A DNA stretch of 64,000 nucleotides from an uncultured Gammaproteobacteria bacterium (GCA_963808975.1 CAWEHR010000005.1:2007-66006), one strand, 5' to 3'; positions 23,335 through 33,482 are shown, counted from the stretch's first letter. Numbers and translations: made by a program. The notes: generated by a model not told the origin, from the letters alone.

Positions 23335-24000
23335 ATGGAATACCTTATCGCACCTTCGATTTTGTCAGCGGATTTTGCCCGGCTGGGGGAAGCCGTTGAA
23401 CTGGTCCTGGAAGCAGGGGCGGATGTGGTCCACTTCGACGTGATGGACAATCACTACGTTCCCAACCTCACCATCGGGCCCATGGTCTGCAAGGCGCTGC
23501 GTGACTACGGTATCGAGGCACCGATTGATGTTCACTTGATGGTCAGTCCGGTGGACAGCCTGATAGAACAGTTTGCCGGTGCCGGCGCGTCCTGGATCAC
23601 CTTTCACCCGGAGGCCAGCCAGCATATTGATCGCTCGCTGCAGCTGATTCACGATCTCGGGTGCAAGGCCGGCCTGGTGTTCAATCCGGCGACACCGCTG
23701 GACTGCGTGTCCTATGTGATTGACAAGCTCGACATGATTCTGCTGATGTCGGTCAACCCCGGATTTGGTGGACAGAAGTTTATTCCCTCCGCCCTGGCCA
23801 AACTGCGAGAGGCTCGCGCCGTCATCGATCGGTCGGGGCGCGATATTCGCCTAGAAATCGACGGTGGCGTAGGCCCGGGCAATATCGCTGAGATCGCCCG
23901 GGCCGGTGCCGATACCTTCGTCGCTGGTTCAGCTATTTTTGGCGCCCCTAGTTATCGCGGTGCCATCGATGCAATGCGCGCCGAGTTGAGTAAGATCTAG
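23335..24000 (+). CDS. rpe: Ribulose-phosphate 3-epimerase
   Basis: 221 aa. Contains [29 protein letters not shown] and [12 protein letters not shown]. Confidence 0.95.
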   Translation: MEYLIAPSILSADFARLGEAVELVLEAGADVVHFDVMDNHYVPNLTIGPMVCKALRDYGIEAPIDVHLMVSPVDSLIEQFAGAGASWITFHPEASQHIDRSLQLIHDLGCKAGLVFNPATPLDCVSYVIDKLDMILLMSVNPGFGGQKFIPSALAKLREARAVIDRSGRDIRLEIDGGVGPGNIAEIARAGADTFVAGSAIFGAPSYRGAIDAMRAELSKI

Positions 24001-24689
24001 TGGGGTGGCTCGATTTTCCGCAAGTGGCAGTGCCGAAGGCGTTGCTGTTCGATCTTGACGGAACCCTGGTAGACAGCGCGCCGGACATTGCAGTTGCGCT
24101 GGATGCCGCTCTGCGGCAACTGCAGTTCTCGCCCGCCGGAGAGCCTGCGGTCAGAATGTGGATCGGCAACGGTGCCCCCATGCTGCTGCGGCGCGCCCTG
24201 GCCAATGCCACTGGCTGTTCGCCGGAGCAAGTGCCCCAGGCCCTTTTGCAAACTGGCCTTGAAGCCTTTTTCGTCCACTATGAGGCCTGTTGTTGTCGAG
24301 CCACGACAGCCTACCCGGGGGTGATGCCGGCGCTGGAGGGCTTGCAGGCCCGGGGCATTGCCATGGCCTGTGTGACCAACAAGCCCGAGCGTTTTACTAT
24401 CCCTCTGTTGGCCGGTCTTGGGTTGCAACCTTATTTTCCGGTGGTTCTGGGCGGTGATTCGCTGGCACGGAAGAAGCCCGACCCGGCGCCCCTGCGAGCG
24501 GCCGCGCAGGGACTGGGCATAGTGCTTTCCGATTGCGTTATGGTGGGCGACTCCGGTACCGATGTCGGTGCTGCTCGCAACGCCGGTATCGGGGTGGTCG
24601 TCGTTAGCTACGGTTACTCCCGCGGTGTTGATGCCGGGCAGCTGGGTGCGGATCGGGTGGTTGACAGCCTGCTTGAATTGCTGGCTTGA
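24000..24689 (+). CDS. gph: Phosphoglycolate phosphatase (HAD)
   Basis: 229 aa. Contains the HAD motifs LLFDLDGTLVDS and VGDSGTDVGAARNAG. The GTG start overlaps the rpe stop by 1 nt. Confidence 0.85.
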   Translation: MGWLDFPQVAVPKALLFDLDGTLVDSAPDIAVALDAALRQLQFSPAGEPAVRMWIGNGAPMLLRRALANATGCSPEQVPQALLQTGLEAFFVHYEACCCRATTAYPGVMPALEGLQARGIAMACVTNKPERFTIPLLAGLGLQPYFPVVLGGDSLARKKPDPAPLRAAAQGLGIVLSDCVMVGDSGTDVGAARNAGIGVVVVSYGYSRGVDAGQLGADRVVDSLLELLA

Positions 24690-24888
24690 CGCTGGGGCTC
24701 TGGCTCCAATCCGCGACCACGGTTACAATCCGCCCTCACCTCGATTCGCAGTTGTTTTTGGAGTAGTCGGTGTTTGTACAATACAGCATGGTGTTTCCCG
24801 GTGCGGAGAATCTTTGTCGGTGGGCTTGTTGGCGAAGGCGTTAGTCCAAATGTAATTTTCTCCCATACTGGTTTTCCAAGGGTCGCTT

Positions 24889-26382
24889 ATGGAACGTGAA
24901 CAGTTTGAAGCCCTCGCCCGGCAAGGTTACAACCGCATCCCCGTCACTCTTGAAGTTCTGGCTGACCTGGATACTCCGGTCAGCAGCTACCTCAAGCTTG
25001 CCCGCGGCCCCTACACCTATCTGTTAGAATCGGTTGAGCAGGGCGAGAAGTGGGGCCGCTATTCGATTATTGGCCTGCCGTGCCGCACGGTGCTGCAGGT
25101 ACGGGGCGAGGAAATCAGCGTGCGCACCGACGGTGAGGTGGTAGAGTCACTGCAAAGTGATGACCCGCTGGCCTTCATCGAAGATTTCCAGGCTCGTTTC
25201 CGGGTTGCCTCGACTCCCAAGCTGCCGCTTTTCAACGGTGGGTTGGTCGGGTATTTCTCCTACGATACCGTGCGCTATGTCGAGAAGCGCCTTGCCGCGA
25301 GCTGTCCGCCAGATACGCTGGATACGCCAGATATACTGCTGATGGTTTCGGAAGATGTCCTGGTGTTTGACAACCTGTCCGGCATACTCACCCTGGTGAC
25401 CCTCGCCGACCCCGGCGAGCCTGATGCACTGGAGGCTGCGCAAGCACGACTATTGCAGTTGGAGCAGAAACTGCCGATGACGGCGCCGAGTATGCCGGTC
25501 ATTCTGGCGCCGGATCAGGCGCGCTCCGATGACACCGTTGGTGAGCAGGATTTCCGGTCTGGTTTCACCCAGGCGAAGTTCGAAGCGGCGGTCGAACTGA
25601 TCAAGGAATACGTGTTGGCCGGTGACGTAATGCAGGTTGTGCCATCCCAGCGCCTGACCATTGACTTCGACGCAGAGCCACTCAATCTCTACCGCGCCCT
25701 GCGGCGCTTTAACCCCTCGCCGTATATGTACTACCTGGACCTTGGTGACTTTCACATCGTTGGTTCCTCGCCCGAGATCCTTGCCCGCCTCGAAGATGGC
25801 AGCGTCGCCGTGCGACCCCTCGCCGGAACCCGCAAACGCGGTCGCACCAGCGAGGAGGATCGGGCGCTCGAGCGGGAGTTGCTGGCCGACCCGAAAGAGA
25901 TCGCCGAACACCTGATGCTGATCGACCTGGGTCGAAACGACGTCGGCCGGGTGGCCGAGATCGGCTCGGTGGAGGTTACCGACCAGATGGCCGTCGAACG
26001 CTATTCCCACGTGATGCATATCGTTTCGAATGTCAGCGGCAAGCTGCGCGAGGGCATGACCGCTATGGATGTGTTACGAGCCTCGCTCCCCGCTGGCACC
26101 CTCAGCGGCGCCCCCAAAATACGCGCGATGGAGATCATTGACGAGGTTGAACCGGTAAAGCGCGGTGTATACGGCGGCGCAATTGGTTATCTTGCATGGA
26201 ACGGCAACATGGACACGGCGATTGCGATTCGCACTGCCGTGATCAAGGATGGCCAGCTACATATTCAGGCGGGTGCCGGTATCGTCGCGGATTCGGTCCC
26301 GCGGTCGGAGTGGGAAGAGACAATGAACAAGGCCCGGGCGATGTTCAATGCCGTGGCAATGGTGCAGGATAAATCCGGTTAG
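24889..26382 (+). CDS. trpE: Anthranilate synthase component I
   Basis: 497 aa. Contains [34 protein letters not shown] and IAIRT. Confidence 0.96.
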   Translation: MEREQFEALARQGYNRIPVTLEVLADLDTPVSSYLKLARGPYTYLLESVEQGEKWGRYSIIGLPCRTVLQVRGEEISVRTDGEVVESLQSDDPLAFIEDFQARFRVASTPKLPLFNGGLVGYFSYDTVRYVEKRLAASCPPDTLDTPDILLMVSEDVLVFDNLSGILTLVTLADPGEPDALEAAQARLLQLEQKLPMTAPSMPVILAPDQARSDDTVGEQDFRSGFTQAKFEAAVELIKEYVLAGDVMQVVPSQRLTIDFDAEPLNLYRALRRFNPSPYMYYLDLGDFHIVGSSPEILARLEDGSVAVRPLAGTRKRGRTSEEDRALERELLADPKEIAEHLMLIDLGRNDVGRVAEIGSVEVTDQMAVERYSHVMHIVSNVSGKLREGMTAMDVLRASLPAGTLSGAPKIRAMEIIDEVEPVKRGVYGGAIGYLAWNGNMDTAIAIRTAVIKDGQLHIQAGAGIVADSVPRSEWEETMNKARAMFNAVAMVQDKSG

Positions 26383-26419
26383 TTTGGCCCCGGGTCACCG
26401 GGTGACGCCTGTGATCCGT

Positions 26420-26575
26420 TTAGGCGCTTGCCCGGGCACTGATTGCATTGTAGGAAAGCATGGCACTGGCAAGCAGTACCAGTGCTAGTGCGAGACTGAA
26501 GCCCAGCAGCATTAGTAGGGCGTTGGATATGGTGCGTTTTACTTTACGGTGAAGCTGTTGCACGGTGCTTGGCAT
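26420..26575 (-). CDS. Hypothetical small membrane protein (51 aa)
   Basis: MPSTVQQLHRKVKRTISNALLMLLGFSLALALVLLASAMLSYNAISARASA. It has one clear TM helix. I recognised no homology. Confidence 0.25.
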   Translation of the reverse strand: MPSTVQQLHRKVKRTISNALLMLLGFSLALALVLLASAMLSYNAISARASA

Positions 26576-26828
26576 GGAGTTTCTCCGGCGTCGGCCAGGA
26601 TGCTTCATCGACGACCAGTGGGCTGTGGGATGAACCGCCAAAGTCGACCGCCGCGGGCTCTGTGGCGGTTTTTTCGCCGACCACGGCGAAGGTGTAATAC
26701 GCCAGCGTGATATACCCAACGATAGCCAGCAGCAGGCCCGCGTCACCCAGCCAATTAATCGTGCCGTGCCGGGATTTTCCCCGGGGGCGGGATAGTTGTT
26801 GCGAGCTGTGTGTGCGGGTGGTTTGCAT
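26544..26828 (-). CDS. Hypothetical membrane protein (94 aa)
   Basis: It has a basic N-terminus followed by one TM helix (WLGDAGLLLAIVGYITLAYYTFAVV). It overlaps the 51-aa ORF by 32 nt. I recognised no homology. Confidence 0.3.
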   Translation of the reverse strand: MQTTRTHSSQQLSRPRGKSRHGTINWLGDAGLLLAIVGYITLAYYTFAVVGEKTATEPAAVDFGGSSHSPLVVDEASWPTPEKLHAKHRATASP

Positions 26829-27127
26829 AAATGCCTAACCAGGCGTCGGCGATGAACTTATGGGTAGAAGTTAGCGCCATTGCCATTTCATGTCTGCGGG
26901 ACTTGTACGCAAGAAGGGTGTGAACAATGTCTGGATCCTCGCCAGCGCTATCATGCAGTTGCATATTCGGCGGAGTAGTGTGACATGGTCGTCTGCAGCG
27001 CATGCCGGGCATTCGTGTTTGCCCAGTCAATCCCTGTCCGATTATCGGAGTCTGGAGCAGCCTGGGCGCGAAACTGACTTTCGTTCACTTCAAAAAAAGG
27101 TCAGAATTGCCTGCTTATCGTTTTCGC

Positions 27128-27168
27128 ACGAAGGGGTTGGGGGTGCAGCCCTTCGTTTTCGTTTTTTT
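27128..27168 (+). terminator. Terminator-like hairpin 24 nt upstream of the left trpG' repeat
   Basis: ACGAAGGG-(13 nt)-CCCTTCGT followed by TTTCGTTTTTTT on the + strand. Confidence 0.45.
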
Positions 27169-27192
27169 GTAGTCCAGTAGGTTAAACACACT

Positions 27193-27209
27193 ATGTTGCT
27201 GATGATCGA
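27193..27209 (+). repeat. Left copy of the 17-nt direct repeat (putative attL core)
   Basis: ATGTTGCTGATGATCGA, identical to 42043-42059, which is the first 17 nt of trpG. The integrase ATG lies 145 bp to its right. Confidence 0.6.
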
Positions 27210-27325
27210 AAAGAATCATGTGGGTTTGAACAGATCCAGCCAAGTCCAACGGTCCTCCTAAGTAGCTGTAGAATAAAAATATAAATTCCAGTCAATTACA
27301 GGAAAGTCCGTCGCCAGCCGGGGCA

Positions 27326-27355
27326 ATTGTGAGTACTCTTCGAGTTACTCACAAT
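27326..27355. promoter_or_regulatory. Inverted repeat over the integrase start (candidate integrase arm/operator sites)
   Basis: ATTGTGAGTA-(10 nt)-TACTCACAAT. The right arm includes the int ATG. The same 10-mer recurs at 41979-41988. Confidence 0.45.
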
Positions 27356-27935
27356 GCCGCTTACAGATTCAAAAGTTCGAAACGCCAAGCCCCGGGACAA
27401 GGTTTACCGCGTGGCCGGCGAGAAGGGCCTGTGCCTGAAGTTCCGCCCCTCAGGTTCCAAGTGGTGGCGCTACCGATATCGAATCAATGGAATGGCCGGC
27501 ATGTATGCCCTCGGTCAGTATCCTTACATGTCCTTGGCTCAGGCGAGGGTAGAGCACGGCAAGGCCATGGGCTTAGTGAAGTAGGGCACACCCCCGATTG
27601 AACATCTAAAGACGGCAAAGCACCAAGAGCAATTGGCAGAGGAGCAGACTTTCAAAGCCGTCACTGAAGCCTGGTTGGCAGAGAACTCCAATCATTGGAC
27701 GAACCGCTATCGGGCCCAGACCCAGAAGGCCTTAAAAAAGTACATCTACCCGAGTATTGGTTATGCCCCTATTAAGGAGGTGGCAGCGCCCGCGTTACGA
27801 GTTGTGATCAAGACCGCGGCAGAGGAAGCGCCGAGCGTGGCAGTCATGCTCCGGCAATGGTGCTCTGCTGTCTTTCGTTACGCTGTTCTCCAAGGTCTGG
27901 CCGAGCAGGATCCGGCTGCGGCACTCAAGGGGCTG
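27354..27935 (+). pseudogene. P4-type tyrosine integrase remnant (in-frame TAG, catalytic domain missing)
   Basis: The N-terminus MPLTDSKVRNAKPRDKVYRVAGEKGLCLKFRPSGSKWWRYRYRINGM is DUF4102-like. An in-frame TAG sits at 27582-27584. The same frame then continues through the SAM-like domain (FKAVTEAWL...YIYPSIGYAPIKEV...) until similarity ends near AAALKG. I saw no R..HxxR..Y catalytic domain. Confidence 0.8.
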
Positions 27936-28031
27936 GAATCGGTGGGGAAGGGTGCCAGTGATGGCGGTTCAGTAGGTCTAGTCCGCAGCGATTGTGTGCT
28001 TTATTCTACTTTTACCCATACCATTGCGCAC

Positions 28032-29638
28032 TCATAGTTGCGAGTCGATTGGCAGCAGCCGCATCAGGCTAACAGCTAAGCGTTGCCAGATATTGGTATG
28101 GGGCTCGACATCGAATACCAGCCGCCCTCCCTGGTCGTAACCGCTCCAGAGCAGCTGCTCGCCCCCATCCCCGTCGTCTTCCAGTGTGACCTGGAAGGCA
28201 ACCCGCTGGACGTTCAGGTCAAACCAGCCACCCAACGACTGTGCAATCTCGGGGACGTCGATTACCACACCAACCTCCGAGTTTTCGACAACGGAGCGTG
28301 GATCGAGATTGAGCGAGCCGATGAAGAGCCAGCGTCTGTCAGTGGCGAAGGACTTCGCGTGCAGGCTCGCCTTCGATGAGCCGGTGAAAAGCTTCCTGCC
28401 TTCTTGCTGCTTGGGTGTCAGTTGCCGGTTCATCTCGTAGAGCTCGACCCCGGCACGCAACAGCGCGCGGCGGTGACGTGCGTATCCTGCATGGACCAGA
28501 GGAACATCGGTCGAGGCGAGCGAGTTGGTGAGAATGCGCACGCGCACCCCGCGCTCGACCAGAGCAGTGAAATAATCAACGCCCTCACGGCCCGAAACGA
28601 AATAGGGTGAAAAGATAATCAGCTCCTGCTCAAGATCCCTGAAGTAGGGACCGAGCGCCTCGGTGAGGTGCAGCTCTTTTTTACTGCGGCTGGTGATCAG
28701 CTTTTCGGGATCATCGGCAACGACGTCAGCGCCTCCCCACAGTAGTCCCAGCTCACCCGCTTGCAGTTGTCTTGCAGCTGTGAGGTCTGCAATGCGCGTG
28801 AGTATTTGGAGTCGGTTTCAGAAGCTCTCAGGGCCTCGTGCCAGGCGCGCAGGCCGGCGACTTTTTCGTCATCCGGCAACTGGTCCACCAGAATCGAGGC
28901 AGGATAGGCCAGGGTATGATTCCAGTAGGCATCGAACGACACGGAAACTTCGCTAGCGACCGGGCCTATGCCGAGTACGTCGAGGTCGCCGAAGGCGAGC
29001 GCCGGATTTGCCTCAAAATACTCGTCACCGATATTGCGACCGCCCAGCACTGTCTCCTGGCTATCAACCGTGAAAGACTTGTTGTGCATGCGTCGAGTGA
29101 CGCTCCCGAAGCGGGTGACGAACTGCGAAAGCCGGCTCACATTACGCGCGAATGGATTGAAGATACGCACCTCGACGTTCGGGTGCGTATCGAGTGCCGC
29201 GACGCCCACGTCACGCCCCTCAAGATCCATGTCGTCTACCAGCAGCCGTACCCGCACACCGCGGTCTGCCGCCTTGAGCAACTAGCCAATGAAGAAATGT
29301 CCGGTCAGGTCATCATGCAGCAGGTAGTACTGTGCATCAATGCTGCGCTCGGCCGCACGCGCCAACGCAGAGCGAGCCACCAAGGCGTCAAGCCCGCTCC
29401 CGAGGAGCAGGAAACCGGAGCGATCGGGATGCGCTTCGCGCTGCGCCAGGAATGCCCGTCCGAGCCTCGTGTCCTGAGTATCGGCGGAACTGAAAGACGG
29501 AGTGCGATGCTCGTTGCCCGGCAATGTTGCGCACCCACCACTCGAAACAAATAGTAGCGACAGGACATACGATCGGGCCGGAATCTTCGAAGTCCGTGCC
29601 GTGAGATGCGGGCAGCATCGTCTTACGTGCCGGATCAC
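28032..29638 (-). pseudogene. Phospholipase D-family lipoprotein pseudogene (two HKD motifs)
   Basis: Three ORF pieces. The first has a lipobox (LLFVSSGGC) and ends at an in-frame TAG at 29282-29284. The second carries HKD motif 1 (RMHNKSFTVDSQETVLGGRNIGDEY). A frameshift near 28745 (LWGGADVVADDPEKL is in the other frame) leads to the third piece. That piece carries HKD motif 2 (SLHAKSFATDRRWLFIGSLNLDPRS). Confidence 0.8.
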
Positions 29639-30124
29639 CGGTACTGCCAGCAGCAGGATGTCACCGTGTTCCAGGCGTGACGATGAGAAATTGGCGCGTG
29701 GATCACTTCAAGCATGCCGCAATCGCCCGGCAGACAACCCCATGCACCCGTCCAATCAGTTGCGGGAGACCGGCGAATTGATATCTCAATTGAAACGAAA
29801 ATCTCAGCACCCATTGGCGTCTCGATTTCTCCGGTAAAACCTAATAGGCCAATAGCTGAACTCTCTGGCCAGAAGTCCGCCCCCTGGCGATGGTCTTCCC
29901 CTTGGATGGCAAGAGATTCGCGCCCCGCCTGATTCGGAGGGTACATCGCGACCCGGGCACTACAGCCACCAATGATTACCTCAAAAAAATACCCATCGCG
30001 CACCGTCGATTAAAGGCTCGGCGTTGTCGTTTCACCATACCATCGAGAATGTTTCCTTGCACGTGCCTGGCAGAGGCAGCCATGGCCAGATCCGGCATAT
30101 TGCAACCTGTTCGAAAAATAGCCT

Positions 30125-30427
30125 CTATTCCTGATCAGCATGGGGTAGGCTGCCAAAATAGTTCGACAAATCAGCATTCACAATATCCGGATGACCGCGA
30201 AACATTCGCTCTTCCACGTCAACCACCGCCTGCTGCGCATTACGCCGTGGACGGTAGGCGTGCATTTCCTCGGGAAGGTTCGCCTCGAAGATCGGCTCCA
30301 GCACCAGCAACGCTGCGGTCATGCAAACACGATCCCGCAGTGTAGAAATGCCCAGTGGCCGAAGCTTGCCGTTGGCTTTAGGAATAAACACACGCCTGAT
30401 GGCGCCCGGTCGATAGGTCTCCTCTCT
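30125..30427 (-). pseudogene. Group II intron reverse transcriptase fragment
   Basis: TYRPGAIRRVFIPKANGKLRPLGISTLRDRVCMTAALLVLEPIFEA...AYRPRRNAQQAV...ADLSNYFGSLPH. Only about 100 aa of the RT domain remain. I found no maturase domain or intron RNA domains. Confidence 0.7.
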
Positions 30428-30826
30428 CTCGAAAGCTGTCGTTCGCTCAGGGCCGGCGCCTCGGTCGATACACCAGCATGCAGCGAGACCCCCCGCTTCC
30501 TTAGCCACTCGGCCTGAGTCGCCTGAGCTATCTTCATCAGGGGGCAACGTCTGCAACGTGAGGACCTTCCTTCCCTGCTGAGGCCCTGTGGTATTGCTGG
30601 AGGTGATCGAACGGCCTTCCAATTGCACCATCGCGTCGTCATCATCTGGTTCCAGCGCCAGATAACTGCGCTCAGCATCGCGCTCGAGAAACCCTTTTTT
30701 CTTACGGAATCGGACTACAAGGAGACTGATCGCATGCAGCAGCGCTTTGAGTTCATCCTCGTTTGGCGCTTTTATCCGGTGAAAGCGCAAGCCCCCATAG
30801 TCATTATCCCCATACACGCCGTCTAG
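30425..30826 (-). pseudogene. IS91-family-like transposase, C-proximal fragment (frameshifted)
   Basis: ALDGVY...LRFHRIKAPNEDELKALLHAIS...ERDAERSYLALEPDDDDAMVQLEGRSIT...GPQQGRKVLTLQTLP, then GVSLHAGV in another frame. It is cut on one side by the Tn3-type IR and on the other by the RT fragment. The family assignment is from memory. Confidence 0.55.
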
Positions 30827-30929
30827 GGCACCTCTGATCAATTCGGTACTAGCTCAGCGAAGCCTTTGGTGATGGCTTGCAAGGCGCGGCGCTAAGCCTG
30901 AGGTGACACCGAATTAATCAGAGGTGCCC
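30826..30929. mobile_element. 104-bp miniature element bounded by inward-facing Tn3-family-like 38-bp IRs (TIME-like)
   Basis: IR-A at 30826-30863 is GGGCACCTCTGATCAATTCGGTACTAGCTCAGCGAAGC. IR-B at 30892-30929, reverse-complemented, is GGGCACCTCTGATTAATTCGGTGTCACCTCAGGCTTAG. They match at 27 of 38 positions, including 21 of the first 22. Confidence 0.55.
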
Positions 30930-31208
30930 TAGGATAAGCATGTGAAGCTGAGTTAACCATTGCCGAGATAGAGCACCTACTGGATTACAGCGAGACGATG
31001 AATTTTCGCCGGGCGCTTGTTCGCTGGAACGAGGTAACGCCCATTCGGTGGCGGAAAGCCTGATCCACTTTAGCGGGCAGAATTTAATCGTGGCCTGTCC
31101 TCGTTATTAGTGCGATAAAGAGATACTTGGAAATCTACCAATGGATTTGGCTGCCAACGAGAGGGAATAGATATCTTCAATCGTGATTTTTGGTTTGGCA
31201 AAAAGAAA

Positions 31209-32447
31209 ATGACCGAGAATGCGAGCGTGGGTCCTCGTGAGCGCGAGTGGCGTGAGCGCGGAGCTGCCGTACTCGCCCAGCCTTATGCGCCGAACCTCTG
31301 GCATCGGCATGGGCTACGCGAGCGCTCGCCCTGGTATTTTGCGAGCGCCCGAGGCGCCAGGGTTCGGGACCACGATGGTCGCGAGTTTATCGACCTGGAG
31401 ATGGGGCTCGGGCCCGTGCTTCTGGGCTATAACCATCCCATTGTTGAAGCGGCCCTTCTGGAAACTGCGCAGACGCCAGCTGTCACCACGCTCCTGCACC
31501 AAACGGAGGTTGAGGTCGCCGAGTTACTTGTTGACATGATTCCAAGCGCGGAAGTTGCAGTGTTCGGTAAGAACGGCTCGGACGCCTGCACTGCGGCTGC
31601 ACGGATAGCGCGAGCGGCCACCGGTCGCAATGTAATCTTGACCTGCGGGTTTCATGGCATTCACGATTGGTTTATAGCCGACGTATATCCCAGTGGTGGC
31701 CTCGTGCCCTCTTTTCGTGGCTATGTGAAGGACTTCGCGCTCAACGATCTGGAGGCCCTCACGAGATTGGCGCAAGAGCATTCGAAAGATCTCGCGGCCA
31801 TCATGATCGATCCGGCGAATAGGGCTACCCCTGAGCAGGGTTTCCTTGAGGGGGCACGACGAATCGCTGATCAGCACGGCGCGCTCTTGGTATTTGATGA
31901 GGTGTTCACGGCCTTTCGCGTTCACAGAGGCGGAGCCCAGACAATCTATGGTGTCACACCGGATCTCACCTGCGTCGGTAAAGCGCTGGCAAACGGACTT
32001 CCCCTCAGCGCAGTTGTGGGGCGCCGCGATATCATGAAGTTTTTAGACGAGGTGTTTTATGCACTGACCTTCCAGCACGATTCCGTGGCTTTGGCTGTCG
32101 CGCGGGCATGTTTACAATACTACCGAGATAATGATGTGGCCGCGGACGTGGGCCGCAAAGCGGAGCAGCTTCGAACTTTATACGATCAGGCAGCAGCCTC
32201 CGCAGGTCTTGAGGGGCGAGCTATGAAAGTTCCCGGGCGCATTGGCCTGCGTTTATTACGTTCCGGAAAGGCCACGGCGGCCCAGCAACAGGTCGTATTC
32301 GGTCATGCGCTGCTTGAGCGAGGCGTGTTGCCGGCTCGAATAGCGCTCCCTTGTGAACTACTAACGGATGCTGATATTGAACAGGTAGGGCTTGCATTCG
32401 AACACGGCTGTCAGGAAGTAGCGCGCTACATTCGCGAACAGAATTAG
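31209..32447 (+). CDS. Class-III (GSA-aminomutase-like) PLP-dependent aminotransferase
   Basis: 412 aa. Contains FIDLEMGLGPVLLGYNHP, FGKNGSDACTAAARIARA, LVFDEVFTAFR and a putative PLP lysine in CVGKALANG. Confidence 0.85.
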   Translation: MTENASVGPREREWRERGAAVLAQPYAPNLWHRHGLRERSPWYFASARGARVRDHDGREFIDLEMGLGPVLLGYNHPIVEAALLETAQTPAVTTLLHQTEVEVAELLVDMIPSAEVAVFGKNGSDACTAAARIARAATGRNVILTCGFHGIHDWFIADVYPSGGLVPSFRGYVKDFALNDLEALTRLAQEHSKDLAAIMIDPANRATPEQGFLEGARRIADQHGALLVFDEVFTAFRVHRGGAQTIYGVTPDLTCVGKALANGLPLSAVVGRRDIMKFLDEVFYALTFQHDSVALAVARACLQYYRDNDVAADVGRKAEQLRTLYDQAAASAGLEGRAMKVPGRIGLRLLRSGKATAAQQQVVFGHALLERGVLPARIALPCELLTDADIEQVGLAFEHGCQEVARYIREQN

Positions 32448-32504
32448 CGCAGGGTGTATAGTGGCCCCCATGGTTCAGGCAAATAATGTAGAAGGGTACC
32501 GGGT

Positions 32505-33482
32505 ATGATAGTGGATATCGAGGTGACCAATCGATGTAACGCGACCTGTACCTTCTGTCCCCGTGAACGCACCCCGGCCCAAGGGAAGATGGCCCCAGAG
32601 ACCTTCGCCGCAGCCCACGATCGGGTGTTCGAGTTTCGCGCGGGCTTAAAATACGATGCTGATCGCGCCAACCTCCGGGTCTCCTTCTGCGGTCTTGGTG
32701 AACCGTTACTGCACCCCCAGCTCGGCGATTGGATCAGGCGCTTTACTGAGTGTGACATCGGCGTCTCCCTCTCCACGAACGCGTCGCGGCTCGACGAAGG
32801 ACGGACGCAAGAGCTTCTGGATGCGGGCCTCGACATGATACATGTCAATCTCGGCGCGGAAGGCGGCGAGTATGAGACCATCTATGGGCTGTCCTACCAA
32901 GAGACCCGCCGTAATCTCGACCGGTTCATCGCGCTGGCCGCAGGCCGTTGTCGGGTTCGCGTCGCGGTGGTCGACTACCACGACACTCCTGACACCGCTA
33001 ACCGTCTTTCCCAAGCTTGGCTCGACCGGGGAGTGGCCTCCTATGTCTTCAAGCTGATCAATAGATCCGGGTCCCTGGTTGCCGACACCCGCCTCGAAAC
33101 GCTGGATCGTCGCCACCACGTTCGCGCCTGCACCCGGCTCACCGAGCTCATCGGTGACCAACCCGCCTGCGCGGTGCCGTTCAGGTTCTACTTCATCGGG
33201 TGGGACGGGTGTTACTACCTGTGCTCGTCCGATTGGGAGAAGCGGTCAGCCCATGGATCGGTTTTCGACCAATCATTGGCCGAGGCATCTGTGTCAAAAC
33301 TGGTTACTGTTCGTTCCCGGTCGCCGATCTGTGTCTCCTGTACCCATGATCCGATAAACCGTTTGGCTACGGCCTTCGGCGCGGGTGCCGAGCAACCCGA
33401 ACTCGCCGCACTCGAACGGGAGCTGGTTACGGCCAATGCGAGCGACACAACCCTCCAGCGCCACATTTTGCCTGCGTCCTGA
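32505..33482 (+). CDS. Radical SAM enzyme with C-terminal Cys-rich (SPASM/Twitch-like) domain
   Basis: 325 aa. Contains CNATCTFC (CxxxCxxC) at residues 11-18, GLGEPLL, and C-terminal cysteines (ACAVPFRFYFIGWDGCYYLC...SPICVSC). Confidence 0.85.
   Translation: MIVDIEVTNRCNATCTFCPRERTPAQGKMAPETFAAAHDRVFEFRAGLKYDADRANLRVSFCGLGEPLLHPQLGDWIRRFTECDIGVSLSTNASRLDEGRTQELLDAGLDMIHVNLGAEGGEYETIYGLSYQETRRNLDRFIALAAGRCRVRVAVVDYHDTPDTANRLSQAWLDRGVASYVFKLINRSGSLVADTRLETLDRRHHVRACTRLTELIGDQPACAVPFRFYFIGWDGCYYLCSSDWEKRSAHGSVFDQSLAEASVSKLVTVRSRSPICVSCTHDPINRLATAFGAGAEQPELAALERELVTANASDTTLQRHILPAS

Noticed and set aside
24788-24844. An 18-codon mini-ORF upstream of trpE (MVFPGAENLCRWACWRRR) with two Trp codons, considered as a possible trp leader peptide.
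   Set aside because: It has no Shine-Dalgarno. I could find no terminator hairpin or T-tract between it and the trpE ATG at 24889. Two Trp codons in a GC-rich 18-mer is weak evidence.
26890-27180. A 96-aa plus-strand ORF ending at the terminator-like hairpin.
   Set aside because: The sequence is Ser/Arg-rich with no motifs, and part of it is simply the hairpin and T-tract translated. The hairpin is more plausibly part of a non-coding leader.
27040-27353. I looked for a tRNA or tmRNA 3' end next to the P4-type integrase, the usual target.
   Set aside because: I could find no cloverleaf-compatible sequence (no GTTCGAATC-type T-arm or CCA context). The direct repeat instead matches the trpG 5' end.
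29640-30124. The segment between the PLD gene start and the RT fragment, translated in all six frames to look for the rest of the group II intron RT/maturase or another gene.
   Set aside because: I found no frame with recognisable similarity and no domain V-like RNA motif. I left it unannotated as a probably degenerate spacer.
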